Shown here piece by piece: positions 30,503-40,880 of a stretch of DNA of 64,000 nt. The DNA is from an uncultured archaeon. GTDB lineage: Archaea; Asgardarchaeota; Lokiarchaeia; Sigyniarchaeales; SOKP01. The translations under genes and the position numbers were made by a program. The notes beneath the pieces were generated by a model. That model saw nothing but the letters and a program-made list of their open reading frames with translations, searched no databases and was not told the DNA's origin. The stretch lies in NCBI GenBank assembly GCA_964632315.1, contig CAZWEM010000009.1, positions 1 to 64,000 of the forward strand, written 5' to 3'. Positions within the stretch are counted from its first letter, which is position 1, and every line of letters starts with the position of its first letter.

Positions 30503-31180
30503 ATGAACCTTCTCATGATTTTTGAATCAATGCTTATTTTAAGAAATACGATGTATATTTTATTGATTATTTTGGCAATCTTTCTGTTCTACTTATTTGT
30601 TCTGCTTAAAATCATACGAAAAATACATCCATTTCCGATTCCCGCTTTTGCTACAAGGATTATTGATAATCCAATTAGAAGAAGGTTCATTCAAAAACCC
30701 GATCTTATTGCTACACGCATGAAATTTGAGCCAGGAATGCAAGTCCTTGAAATTGGTCCTGGGAAGGGCACATATACTAAAGTTGTTGCCAAGCAGATAC
30801 TACCAGATGGAAAAGTTTATGCTATTGATATCCAAGAGAGCATTATTGAAAAATTAAAGGATAGAATTAAAGGAGAAAATATTTCCAACGTCGAACCAAA
30901 AGTAGATGATGCTTATAATTTATCATTTGAAGATAAGAGTATAGATCGAATTTTTGCAGTAGCTTGTTTGCCCGAAATTCCCTCTCCTGTAAAAGTTTTG
31001 GAAGAATTCAAGCGAGTGCTTAAAAATGATGGTCTTATATCCTTATGTGAATTATTCATTGATCCAGATTATCCATTGAGAAGAACAGAAAAAAAATGGG
31101 CTATTAATGCCGGATTAATCTTTATTGAACAATTTGGGAATTTTTTCAGTTACCAGCTACACTTTGGGAAAAAAAATTGA
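30503..31180 (+). CDS. Class I SAM-dependent methyltransferase (UbiE-like)
   Basis: VLEIGPGKG, VYAIDIQ, EFKRVLKNDG; N-terminal TM. Confidence 0.85.
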   Translation: MNLLMIFESMLILRNTMYILLIILAIFLFYLFVLLKIIRKIHPFPIPAFATRIIDNPIRRRFIQKPDLIATRMKFEPGMQVLEIGPGKGTYTKVVAKQILPDGKVYAIDIQESIIEKLKDRIKGENISNVEPKVDDAYNLSFEDKSIDRIFAVACLPEIPSPVKVLEEFKRVLKNDGLISLCELFIDPDYPLRRTEKKWAINAGLIFIEQFGNFFSYQLHFGKKN

Positions 31181-31519
31181 TAGCTATACCTTTTACTCTT
31201 TAATTTTTGAGGAATTTTAATTTTACCCGAATAATTATAACCTGATCTATGAACAACTGCTATATCTCGCATTATTTTCCAATACATTTCCATAGAATTA
31301 AAAGTTTAAAGACATAGGTATGCTCCCAAAGCAACTCAACCAAAACGAGTAGTAACCATCCAAAATTCTTGAAAATTTAGTATAGAAAAGCCTCATTTTT
31401 AGTTTAGATTATTAGAAGTCACATTTATAAACACCTCTACCCAAAATGTGACTAAATCTATTCAAACGCTCGAAAATTATTTAATTAGAAAATACTTCGT
31501 TATGTGATAGGGTTAAAAG

Positions 31520-32272
31520 ATGACGGTTGCTGGCTATTTAATCGAAACCCAGAATTTAGTAAAGATTTACAAACAAGGCAATGTGAAAGCAGTAGATGGT
31601 TTAAATTTAAAGATTCATGAAGGTGAAATCTATGCATTCATTGGTGCGAATGGTTCAGGTAAAACCACTGCTATAAAAATGCTAACTGGCATGTTAGATC
31701 CAACCTCTGGCTCAATACGTGTTTTTGGTCTAAGTCAACCAAAAAATCGAAAAATTATAGCTCGAAATATTGGGATTGCTCCACAAGAGTATTCATTATA
31801 TAATGATCTAACGACTTATGAGAATATCAGATTTTTTGCGTACCTATATGGAATGGAAAAACAAGTATTTAAAACAAAATTTGATGAATTAATCCAAATT
31901 CTACATCTTGAAGATAAAAAGGAGAGTTTGGTATCAAATCTTTCGGGAGGAATGAAGCGTCGAGTTAGCATAGCATGTGCATTAATTCATTCTCCTCGGC
32001 TTGTTTTTTTTGATGAAGCCACGGTTGGAGTTGACCCAATTCTACGTAAATTCTTTTGGAAGTACTTTAATGAATTGAAGCAAAGAGGAGTTACTCTAAT
32101 TATTACTTCTCATGTCATGGATGAAGCAGAACGTGCAGATAGGATTGGTTTAATACGAGCAGGTAAATTGATTGATGAAGGAACTCCGAATAAATTAAAA
32201 ATAAAGCATGATGTCGACACGATTGAAGAGGTTTTTATTAAACTAAGTGATGAGGTGATAAGAGATGAGTGA
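31520..32272 (+). CDS. ABC-2 type transporter ATP-binding subunit
   Basis: GANGSGKT, LSGGMKRR, FFDEAT, TSH. Confidence 0.93.
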   Translation: MTVAGYLIETQNLVKIYKQGNVKAVDGLNLKIHEGEIYAFIGANGSGKTTAIKMLTGMLDPTSGSIRVFGLSQPKNRKIIARNIGIAPQEYSLYNDLTTYENIRFFAYLYGMEKQVFKTKFDELIQILHLEDKKESLVSNLSGGMKRRVSIACALIHSPRLVFFDEATVGVDPILRKFFWKYFNELKQRGVTLIITSHVMDEAERADRIGLIRAGKLIDEGTPNKLKIKHDVDTIEEVFIKLSDEVIRDE

Positions 32273-33461
32273 CGAAAGCATAGAATTTATAGAATCTCAC
32301 GAATATTATAGACCTTCAAAATTTTCCTATAAAAGAGTTTTCTTAGTGATGCGTCGCGTTTTACGTCAAATAACTAGGGATCGAAGAACATTTGGAATGA
32401 TCATAATAATGCCTTTAATAATAATGGCTGTATTTGGCTTTGCACTTGGAGGAGATATAACAAACATACCTATTATAGTAGATAACCAAGATAGTGGTTA
32501 TGTCGCAACTGTCGCTCCTGGTGTAAATGTGACCTTTGCTTTTGGTGATAACATAACATCAGCTTTGCAAAAAGATGATAAAGTCCATTATAACACGGGG
32601 GATTTTGAGAGTAACAAGAAAAATGTTGATAACGGGCTATATTATGCTGCGATTTACATACCTTCCAATTTCTCTGAAAGCATTTACAATAAAACGCAAG
32701 GTCAACCAATTAATGTGACTATTATAGTTTACATTGATGCTACCAAACCAACCATAAAAGCAACCATTTTAGTAGCATTACAAGATGCAATGCAATCAGC
32801 TATTGGAGCCAAAGGGATTACTATTGACCAAATATTCGCATTTGGTGGCGTTGAATTCACCGGATTAGACACTAGTATTCCTTCAGTTATAGCTTTTGTC
32901 ATTACCTTTCTAGTATTGCTAATTTCCCTATTAACAATAAAGCGAGAATCTATAGGAGGTACGGAAGAACGCTTGTATGCTTCACCTTTAAAAGCATCTG
33001 AAAGATTGGTAGGGTATACTCTCGCTTTAACGATTCTAGCTCTAATTATAGTGACCGCAATCTTAATAATAAGCATTTTTCTCTTTGGCGTAATCGTCCA
33101 AGGTAATTTCTTTTTATTAATAATAATGCTTATACTTTTTTCTCTACTGCACGTGTTATTAGCAGTATTTTTGTCAAATTTTGCTAAAAACGAATTGCAA
33201 GCCGTACAAATGGCTCCCCTAATCGCCCTTCCCTCCATGGCATTAAGTGGAATGTTAGTTCCTGTCAATAGTTTCCCTGTGTTTGTTCAGATCATTGCGA
33301 AATTCATTCCATTATACTATGGTAATCGAATATTCGAGGGAATCATGCTAAAAGGGTGGGATCTTTCACTATTGTGGCCGGATGTCTTAATAATTTCGAT
33401 AATGGCGTTAATTTCCTTCATTTTAGCAATGATAACGGTTAAAGATAAGATTCAAGCGTGA
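32265..33461 (+). CDS. ABC-2 type transporter permease
   Basis: RDRRT, RESIGGTEERLYASPL, multiple TMs; overlaps the ATPase stop. Confidence 0.9.
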   Translation: MSDESIEFIESHEYYRPSKFSYKRVFLVMRRVLRQITRDRRTFGMIIIMPLIIMAVFGFALGGDITNIPIIVDNQDSGYVATVAPGVNVTFAFGDNITSALQKDDKVHYNTGDFESNKKNVDNGLYYAAIYIPSNFSESIYNKTQGQPINVTIIVYIDATKPTIKATILVALQDAMQSAIGAKGITIDQIFAFGGVEFTGLDTSIPSVIAFVITFLVLLISLLTIKRESIGGTEERLYASPLKASERLVGYTLALTILALIIVTAILIISIFLFGVIVQGNFFLLIIMLILFSLLHVLLAVFLSNFAKNELQAVQMAPLIALPSMALSGMLVPVNSFPVFVQIIAKFIPLYYGNRIFEGIMLKGWDLSLLWPDVLIISIMALISFILAMITVKDKIQA

Positions 33462-33487
33462 ATAATGATTTTATCTATTAAAAATTT

Positions 33488-33652
33488 CTACGTATCTTTC
33501 GGAGCATCGTCATCAATATTAGCAAATTCATTAAATTCTTCTTGATCGTGAAAATAGCAACAACCATCAGAAATTATAAATTTATCCTCCTCATTGGCTT
33601 CTTGGGGTTCATCCCCTTTCATGAGTAATATCCTTTTCCAACGTTTCATCAT
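33488..33652 (-). CDS. Possible small acidic protein (44-54 aa)
   Basis: (MMKRWKRILL)MKGDEPQEANEEDKFIISDGCCYFHDQEEFNEFANIDDDAPKDT*; below the ORF-track cutoff. Confidence 0.35.
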   Translation of the reverse strand: MMKRWKRILLMKGDEPQEANEEDKFIISDGCCYFHDQEEFNEFANIDDDAPKDT

Positions 33653-33881
33653 TAATCAAACAAAATTGCAAAAATACACTTTTAAGGGTTCGGCTTTAGT
33701 TTGATAAATAAAGTCGTTATTAATCATTATGTTATATTATTAAATTTACAAATAAGCTCTTAACAGGCTTGAAGTGGACTTTACTATGAACCTATATATT
33801 TAAATCTAATCCTTGGAATATATCTGATAAGAATAGGTAATATTACATTAAGTTAGAACAATTTTTTAGCTAATTCCTCAT

Positions 33882-34322
33882 TCACATGAATCTCTTAATG
33901 CCTATAGTTTGATTTTTTAAATTAGCAAGTGTATCTTCCAAGATTTTGATGACTTTTTGAGTATACGATTCTTGTTTTGGAAAATCGTAAGTATAACCAT
34001 TCCATTCAGGACGTCTATGACCAATTTTGAACTTAAATCCATTCATTTTAGTCATGTAACTATCCTTATCTAATTTAGTCGCTATTTGGTCTGCAATAAT
34101 ATACCAATGAAATTTTGTGTTATTTTCTGCTCCAGAATTAAAAGGGGCTTTATGAAATCGAGTTTTAACACTATTGAATTTAAATTTCCATTGGTCTGGA
34201 CTCAATTTCTTTTCTATCCATGTACCATTATCGTAATGCCATTTATGAGTCCCACCTACTTTCATGCCCGAATATATTTGGTCACCATACCTTTTTAAAT
34301 TATTATACGTCCGTCTAATCAC
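33882..34322 (-). CDS. Hypothetical protein
   Basis: 146 aa; YSGMKVGGTHKWHYDNGTW and FHWYIIADQIATKLDKDSYMT look like a genuine protein. Confidence 0.65.
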   Translation of the reverse strand: MIRRTYNNLKRYGDQIYSGMKVGGTHKWHYDNGTWIEKKLSPDQWKFKFNSVKTRFHKAPFNSGAENNTKFHWYIIADQIATKLDKDSYMTKMNGFKFKIGHRRPEWNGYTYDFPKQESYTQKVIKILEDTLANLKNQTIGIKRFM

Positions 34323-34486
34323 CTTTTACCTTTAATTTGAAATCTTGTTAAATAATGTCGTGACTTTAAAAAGCACAAAAAGACTGATAAATTTCTGAAT
34401 AATAGATCATAAGTTTTCTACGAAAATTCTTTAAAAATATTGAAAAATAACTAAAAAAAGAATAATAAAAAAAATAGTTAAAAATT

Positions 34487-35525
34487 CTATAGTCTCTTAA
34501 TAATTAACTCAGCCATTCTATTTGAGAAGCCCCACTCGTTATCATAGTAGGAAAGTATAAATACTTCATCTTCAATGACTTTAGTCCACATAGAACTAAA
34601 TACAGAACTATGGGAGTTTCCAATAATATCATGACTCACAATAGGATCTTCCACGTAGTCTAATATTCCTTTTAAGGCACCCATGGATGCTTCTTTCATT
34701 TTAGCATTTACTTCTTCAGGAGTGGTTTTCTTTTCAACTATTGCTTTCAAGTCAACTACACTCCCATCTATGGTGGGAACTCTTATAGCAATACCGTCTA
34801 ATTTACCACTGAGTTCAGGAAATACTAAACCAATTGCCTTAGCAGCTCCAGTGGATGTAGGAATCATATTTTGAGCAGCAGCTCTGCCCCTAATCATCTT
34901 TTCAGGTGCACCTGCTCTAGCAATATCCGCTGTAGATTGATCGTTGGTGTATGAATGAATAGTTGTCATCAAACCATATTTGATGTTGAAATTTTCGTTC
35001 AGAACTTTTACAACAGGGGCTAAGCAGTTCGTCGTACATGAAGCATTTGAAATGATTTTATGCTCATCAGTTATTTTATCATCATTACATCCTAAAACAA
35101 CTGTAAAGTCGGGATTTGATGCTGGAGCGCTGATTAATACTCGTTTAGCTCCCGCAGTTAAGTGTTTAGATGCTCCATCTCTATCAGTAAATCTGCCAGT
35201 GGATTCCACTGCAACATCGATATTATTTTGACCATGTGGAAGATTTGCTGGATCTCTTTCTGCTGTTATTGGGATCTCCTTACCATCGATAACTAAAGAG
35301 TGTTCTTTAGCCTCAACTTTTCCTTTAAATTTCCCAAATACGGTATCATACTTTAATGCATAAGCTAGATATTTTGGATCGAAAAGATCATTAATCGATA
35401 CAATATCTATGTCATTCCAGTAGTTAGCGTATACTGCGCGAAAGAAGAGTCTTCCGATTCTGCCGAAGCCATGATTACTCCGTTAGCGAAGAGCTTAACG
35501 GATTTATACTGACTCGTTTCGCCAT
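34487..35525 (-). CDS. gap: Class I (bacterial/eukaryote-type) glyceraldehyde-3-phosphate dehydrogenase, split by a 31-nt intron; join(35504..35525,34487..35472), 335 aa
   Basis: Spliced N-terminus MAKRVSINGFGRIGRLFFRA...INDL...LKYDT; ESTGRF, SNASCTTNCLAP, TGAAKA, YDNEWGFS; (1039-31) nt = 336 codons. Confidence 0.93.
35473..35503 (-). other. Putative BHB-type mRNA intron in gap (31 nt)
   Basis: ATCCGTTAAGCTCTTCGCTAACGGAGTAATC; hairpin plus 4+3/4+3 BHB geometry; removal restores INGFG. Confidence 0.85.
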
Positions 35526-35814
35526 TTTATTTTTTCACCTTTTAAATTATTTAATGTTATTTTTTGTTTTTATGAATTTTCAATTTAAAATTGCATGCTA
35601 GTATGTTTTCGATAGTTTTTTAATTTTCTAGTTATAAATTTTATATTTGATCTCTTCTACCTATACACTTTACTGTTAAAAGTATTGTATTTGGTGTTTT
35701 GATCCATCAAAATTTATCTCTTAATTTAAGAAAATTAGACGCAAGTTTTAATTACTTTTAATTTCAGTTTAAATTCAATTTTTAAATTAAAATTACATTA
35801 AAAAAGAAAAAATT

Positions 35815-37236
35815 ATGACTCAAGAAGATAAAAAAGAAGTAGAAGTTAAAATCCCCGGTAGACGTGGGACTCAGGCAACGATAAACTTAGCAAATATTAT
35901 CGATAACTCCGATCAACAATTATTTTCTTCAGTATTTCCTCAAGTTCAAAGTTCGCTTGGTATTAGTATAGAGCAGGGAGGCTTTTTAACGGGTGTAAGG
36001 ACCATTCTTCAAGCGGTTTCAAGCCCAATTTGGGGATGGTGGAGCGATAGACATTCTAGAAGGCTAACTCTCGCAATAGGTTGCTTCCTTTGGGCATTAT
36101 TTACCATTTTAATTGCGTTTACATTTAGTTATATCGATATTTTAATTTATAGAGCCCTAACGGGGATTGGTCTTGCAGTAATTGTTCCAACAGCACAATC
36201 ACTTATCGCAGATTACTTTCCTCCGAAAACCAGAGGTAGAGCCTTCGGATGGTTAGGTCTGACAGGAGTTTTAGGTGCAGTGATTGGAGCTTTATTTGCT
36301 ACAGCCGTAGTTTCATATACATTGGTCTTTGGGATCGAAGCATGGAGATTTGTATTTATTGTTTGGGGTATTGTCAGTATCATTATTGGATTTTTAGTAC
36401 TACTTTTCTTAAAAGATCCTATTAGAGGTGAAATGGAACCTGAATTAAGAGAAGTAATTACTGCTAGAAAGGCACAAAGGTATAAAATACAACTGTCTGA
36501 TTATAAAAAAATATTCAAGAATAGAACGTTTGTTTTGATATTTCTTCAAGGAACAGCGGGTTCTATCCCATGGAGTGGACTAACAGCTTTCATGATAACT
36601 TGGTTTGAGTACATAGGATTTCCCACTTTTATCGCAGGAATAATGTTTGTCATTATAGGAGTAGGAGCAGCCTTAGGTAACCTTTTTGGAGGATGGATTG
36701 GAGATAAAGCGGCGAAATGGAATCCAAAACATGGACGACTGATTATTGCTCAGATTTCAGTATTTATTGGTATTCCCATGACTGCTGTGATATTTCTTTT
36801 AGTTCCCATGAGTATGGATTCTTTATTATTGTATCTCATACTAGGCGGATTAACAGGATTTGGCATCTCTTGGACCGCAGGAGGTTGTAATAATCCGATA
36901 TTTAGCGAGATATTTCCCCCTGAAATGAGGAGCTCTGCTTTTGCGGTAGATAGGGTTTTTGAAGGATCGTTTGGGGCATTAGGATCCATTTTTGTAGGTT
37001 TTGCCGCCGCGAGTTTCGGGTTCTTAACACCTTCTACGGAACTACAAAATATTCCCCTCAATGATCCATTGAGGATAGCTAACATGCAAGCACTCGCTTT
37101 AGGGATTTTCTTAGTTGCACTAATCCCATGGATAATTTGCTTGATAATCTATTCTTTTGTCTATCTTACTTATCCAAAAGACTATGAAAAGATGCGAGTT
37201 TTGTTGGAAACAAGAGCTCAAAAGTTGGAGGAATAA
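35815..37236 (+). CDS. MFS transporter (spinster-like)
   Basis: WGWWSDRHSRR, RALTGIG, SLIADYFPPKTRGRA; about 12 TMs. Confidence 0.9.
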   Translation: MTQEDKKEVEVKIPGRRGTQATINLANIIDNSDQQLFSSVFPQVQSSLGISIEQGGFLTGVRTILQAVSSPIWGWWSDRHSRRLTLAIGCFLWALFTILIAFTFSYIDILIYRALTGIGLAVIVPTAQSLIADYFPPKTRGRAFGWLGLTGVLGAVIGALFATAVVSYTLVFGIEAWRFVFIVWGIVSIIIGFLVLLFLKDPIRGEMEPELREVITARKAQRYKIQLSDYKKIFKNRTFVLIFLQGTAGSIPWSGLTAFMITWFEYIGFPTFIAGIMFVIIGVGAALGNLFGGWIGDKAAKWNPKHGRLIIAQISVFIGIPMTAVIFLLVPMSMDSLLLYLILGGLTGFGISWTAGGCNNPIFSEIFPPEMRSSAFAVDRVFEGSFGALGSIFVGFAAASFGFLTPSTELQNIPLNDPLRIANMQALALGIFLVALIPWIICLIIYSFVYLTYPKDYEKMRVLLETRAQKLEE

Positions 37237-37402
37237 ATCAGTATCAACTTTTTTTTAATTCTATTTCATCCATTCTAATTTTTAAAATTTTAATCACTTA
37301 AAAATCTAAACTTTACCTAACAAATTTCATTTAATTCTAGATATTTTTATTAATGTTACTACCACTTTATAAAGCATGTAGTTACCATTTTAGGAGATTA
37401 TA

Positions 37403-38623
37403 ATGAACGAGTTAGATGAGAAAATTTTACAGAAAATCGATGAAATGAAAGATGATATCATTCAATTTCACCAAAAGATGATAAGGATTCCTTCTGAAAA
37501 TCCTCCCTCTAAATATAAGGAAATCGCGAAATTTGTAGAAAAAAAAATGGATGAGATCGGGTTAAAAACTTCGATTAAGAGAAATAATGTCATTGGAGAA
37601 TATGATAATGGAGATTCCAAAACATTAATTTTTAATGGGCATTTTGATACGGTTGAGGCATTTAAAGGTTGGACTAAAGATCCATTTGAAGCTGAAATTG
37701 AGGGAGACAAAATTTATGGACGAGGGGCATCTGATGATAAATCCTCAGTAACCGCAGAACTTTTTGCGACTCAAGCATTAATCGAAGCTGGTATAGATTT
37801 AAAGGGAAAATTAATAGTTACTGCAGTTGGTGATGAAGAAACTGGCGGATTGAGAGGAGCAGATTATATAATAAGCAGTGGATTAGTGTCAGGAGATGCT
37901 TGTTTATTAGGAGATGCCGCAAATGGATATCCCTTTGGTTATTGCGGTGGAACAATGTATATCACGATTAATATTAAAGGAAAGACAGCCCATGGGTTGG
38001 CATTTCCCGACCTTCCCCCACCATATCGAAATGAGAATTCTGGGATAAATACCATTGAGCGGATGGTGAAGGTGATGAACTTTTTATTAAAATTAAAAGA
38101 AGAACTGCTACAAACAACAACTAAGTATCCTACTTCAGATGGTTGGGGATCTAATGTGAGTAGCATTAACCTCGCAGAAATCCACGGAGGTACGAAAATT
38201 ACTACCGTACCTGATCGTTGTTATCTTCATCTTAGCGTAAACACCATTCCTGAACAAGATGTCACAAGTATAAAGAAAAGATTACTAGATTTTGTCGAAG
38301 GTATGAAAGAGAAAGACCCTGATTTGAATATAACCGTTCAAATACCCGTTGCCATGGAACCGCAAGTGATCGAAGAATCGTCTCATTTCGCAAAAATTGT
38401 TTTAGATGCAGCAGAAACGATACACGGTGAAAAAAGGGAATTTAAAACCCTAATGCCTTCAACCGATGCTCATTGGTTTCAAGAGAGGGGGATTCCTACA
38501 ATTTTAGTAGGAGCTTCTGCTAAAGACAATAATATTCACGCTGAAGATGAATTCGTATATATTAAGGATCTGATCGATTTAGTTAAGATGTTTGCTTTAA
38601 CCGCTTTAAATTACTTAAAATGA
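37403..38623 (+). CDS. M20 (ArgE/DapE) family metallopeptidase/deacylase
   Basis: NGHFDTV, YGRGASDDK, DEETGG, HAEDE. Confidence 0.9.
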   Translation: MNELDEKILQKIDEMKDDIIQFHQKMIRIPSENPPSKYKEIAKFVEKKMDEIGLKTSIKRNNVIGEYDNGDSKTLIFNGHFDTVEAFKGWTKDPFEAEIEGDKIYGRGASDDKSSVTAELFATQALIEAGIDLKGKLIVTAVGDEETGGLRGADYIISSGLVSGDACLLGDAANGYPFGYCGGTMYITINIKGKTAHGLAFPDLPPPYRNENSGINTIERMVKVMNFLLKLKEELLQTTTKYPTSDGWGSNVSSINLAEIHGGTKITTVPDRCYLHLSVNTIPEQDVTSIKKRLLDFVEGMKEKDPDLNITVQIPVAMEPQVIEESSHFAKIVLDAAETIHGEKREFKTLMPSTDAHWFQERGIPTILVGASAKDNNIHAEDEFVYIKDLIDLVKMFALTALNYLK

Positions 38624-38630
38624 AGGACTG

Positions 38631-39863
38631 GTGAAGATGGCACCAACTGAAAAAAAAATTTTACAGAAAATTGATGATATGAAAGAAGAAATAATCAAAT
38701 TTCACCAACAGATCATAAGAATTCCTTCAGAAAACCCTCCTGGAAAATACAAGGCTATATCTGAATTTGTCAAGACAAAGTTTGAGGAATTGGGTCTCGA
38801 GACATTCTCCAAAAGATATAATGTAATAGGAAAAACTAAAGGCCCAGATCACCCAAAACTAATCGTTTATGCACACATGGATACTGTCCCCTCTTATGAT
38901 GGATGGAATGAAGCCAAACCATTTAGTGCCGAAATAGTTGATGATAAGATTTATGGTCGTGGTGCGTGTGATGATAAAGCTTGTGTTACTGCTGAAATCT
39001 TTGCTCTCAAGGCTTTAAAAGAATTGAATCTTGATCTTTCGGGGAAACTCACGCTACTCGCAACAATTGATGAAGAAACTGGAGGTTATAATGGTGCTAA
39101 ATACGTCCTTGATAAAAATCTTGTTTCGGGTGAAGCGTGTCTATTAGGTGATGGACGTGGACATTACCCCGTCGCATATTGTGGAGGATTTCTTCTCGTG
39201 AACTTCTTAATAAAGGGTAAGAAAGCCCATGCTTTAAGTTTTCCAGACATCCCTATTTATAGAAATGAATATTCAGGAATCAATGCAATAGAAAAGATGA
39301 AAAATATAATGAATTTTTTAACCCAACTCCAAGCAGAATTTCTCAATGTGGAAACAATGTATCCAAATTTTCCGGGTCATCCTTCCAAAGTGAATACTGT
39401 AAACATCGCAAAGATAGAAGGTGGTGAAAAACTATCTGTTGTGCCAGACAAAAGTTTAATGTATTGTCTAATAAACACGATTCCTGAACAAGATGTTGAG
39501 AGCATAAAAAAGAGAATCTTAAAGTTCATTGAACAAGCTAAAATAGAGGATCCCAATTTAGATGTAAATGTTCAATTCACGATGTCATTTGAACCTTTTA
39601 CAACGGATACCAATTCTAAAATCGCTAAGTCTGTTCAAATAGCAATAGAAACTGTCTATGGTGAAAAAAGGGAATTTAAATTATTTCAATCTGCAAATGA
39701 TGGTCACTTTTTCCATGAAAAAGGTATTGACACCATTTTAATGGGTACAGGCTCGCATGAATGCAGAGTGCACGAACCTGATGAGTTTGTTTATATCAAA
39801 GATTTGTTGGATACGACAAAAATTTTCGCACTAACAATAAAAAATTATTTAATAAACGATTAA
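38631..39863 (+). CDS. M20 (ArgE/DapE) family metallopeptidase/deacylase, tandem paralog
   Basis: AHMDTV, YGRGACDDK, DEETGG, HEPDE. Confidence 0.9.
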   Translation: MKMAPTEKKILQKIDDMKEEIIKFHQQIIRIPSENPPGKYKAISEFVKTKFEELGLETFSKRYNVIGKTKGPDHPKLIVYAHMDTVPSYDGWNEAKPFSAEIVDDKIYGRGACDDKACVTAEIFALKALKELNLDLSGKLTLLATIDEETGGYNGAKYVLDKNLVSGEACLLGDGRGHYPVAYCGGFLLVNFLIKGKKAHALSFPDIPIYRNEYSGINAIEKMKNIMNFLTQLQAEFLNVETMYPNFPGHPSKVNTVNIAKIEGGEKLSVVPDKSLMYCLINTIPEQDVESIKKRILKFIEQAKIEDPNLDVNVQFTMSFEPFTTDTNSKIAKSVQIAIETVYGEKREFKLFQSANDGHFFHEKGIDTILMGTGSHECRVHEPDEFVYIKDLLDTTKIFALTIKNYLIND

Positions 39864-39960
39864 AGCATATTTTCTTTCCTTTTTTTAAAATTAACTCTAT
39901 TCTTATTTAATGCTAAAAATCTGATAAATTATTAAAATATGAAACAAAAAGAAAAAGTTG

Positions 39961-40725
39961 TTAATCTTCTAAACTTTCCTTCCCCATTAAGCGCATGACG
40001 GAGTCTGCCAACTTATTTTGGGAACGACTTAAGATTCCTTTGATTTTTCCCTCTTTACCCAAAACTCTAAGCATGATTCCATTCCACACTGAAGAGGGAT
40101 CTCCTTTAACTTGTTTGAATCGATCGCGGAAAACTTTCACGGAGATGTTATCATAGTTTTTCGATGCGTCCGTGCATTTAAAGCACAAAATGCATTTATT
40201 CGTATCAACCTTTATTTCCTTTCCTTCTCTTGAAAGCGCTCCAACCGAACATTCATCTGCAAATGCTTCAAGAACCTTATTATCTTTCTCAGTTGACGTG
40301 ATTGTAATTGAACCGTCCACAACTTTTCGTACTTTGTTACCATTGTCTAAAGTACGCACTTCTTCTTCGAATTCAGGAAGGGAACCATTTTCTACTAACA
40401 GTACTTTATTTTCCCCATTTATTAGTAACTCAAGAGTATAACCTGGACAAATCCAAGTACAACTGCCACACCAAATGCATTTATCCGTATCTACGACGAT
40501 TTTCTTATCTGATTCAATTCTCATTTCTTCGGGGGTTCCAATAGCTGTTTTCTTGAGGGGTTCATCATAAATTGATACTGTTACTGGACATACACGATGG
40601 CAGAATCCACATTGGATGCATTTACTTTCATCGTATTGCAAAATCATCTCGTGATTAAGCATTTTATATACATAATGGGTAATATTTTCATCAATTTCGA
40701 TAGTCTTTTTAGCTGGTAATGACAT
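39961..40725 (-). CDS. 4Fe-4S dicluster (polyferredoxin-like) protein
   Basis: CIQCGFCHRVCP, CIWCGSCTWICP and a partial CILCFKC. Confidence 0.85.
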   Translation of the reverse strand: MSLPAKKTIEIDENITHYVYKMLNHEMILQYDESKCIQCGFCHRVCPVTVSIYDEPLKKTAIGTPEEMRIESDKKIVVDTDKCIWCGSCTWICPGYTLELLINGENKVLLVENGSLPEFEEEVRTLDNGNKVRKVVDGSITITSTEKDNKVLEAFADECSVGALSREGKEIKVDTNKCILCFKCTDASKNYDNISVKVFRDRFKQVKGDPSSVWNGIMLRVLGKEGKIKGILSRSQNKLADSVMRLMGKESLED

Positions 40726-40880
40726 GAGTCTTCCTTTTTAAAATGCTATTATAATATTATGTATTAATTTCTAAAAAATAAAAATCCTTTTAGTAATTTC
40801 CAAGATAGTAATTACTGGAATGGCTTTAAACTTGGGGGATTAAGGAAAATTCTCTTTAAAAATAAAAATTGGAAAAAAGA

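Noticed and set aside
31190-31380. Possible degraded gene on the minus strand (…MEMYWKIMRDIAVVHRSGYNY…)
   Set aside because: Short, interrupted by stops and not recognisable.
35461-35525. gap as a pseudogene or simple frameshift error
   Set aside because: The extra sequence is a discrete 31-nt structured block whose BHB-predicted cut sites restore the motif exactly; the rest of the gene is intact.
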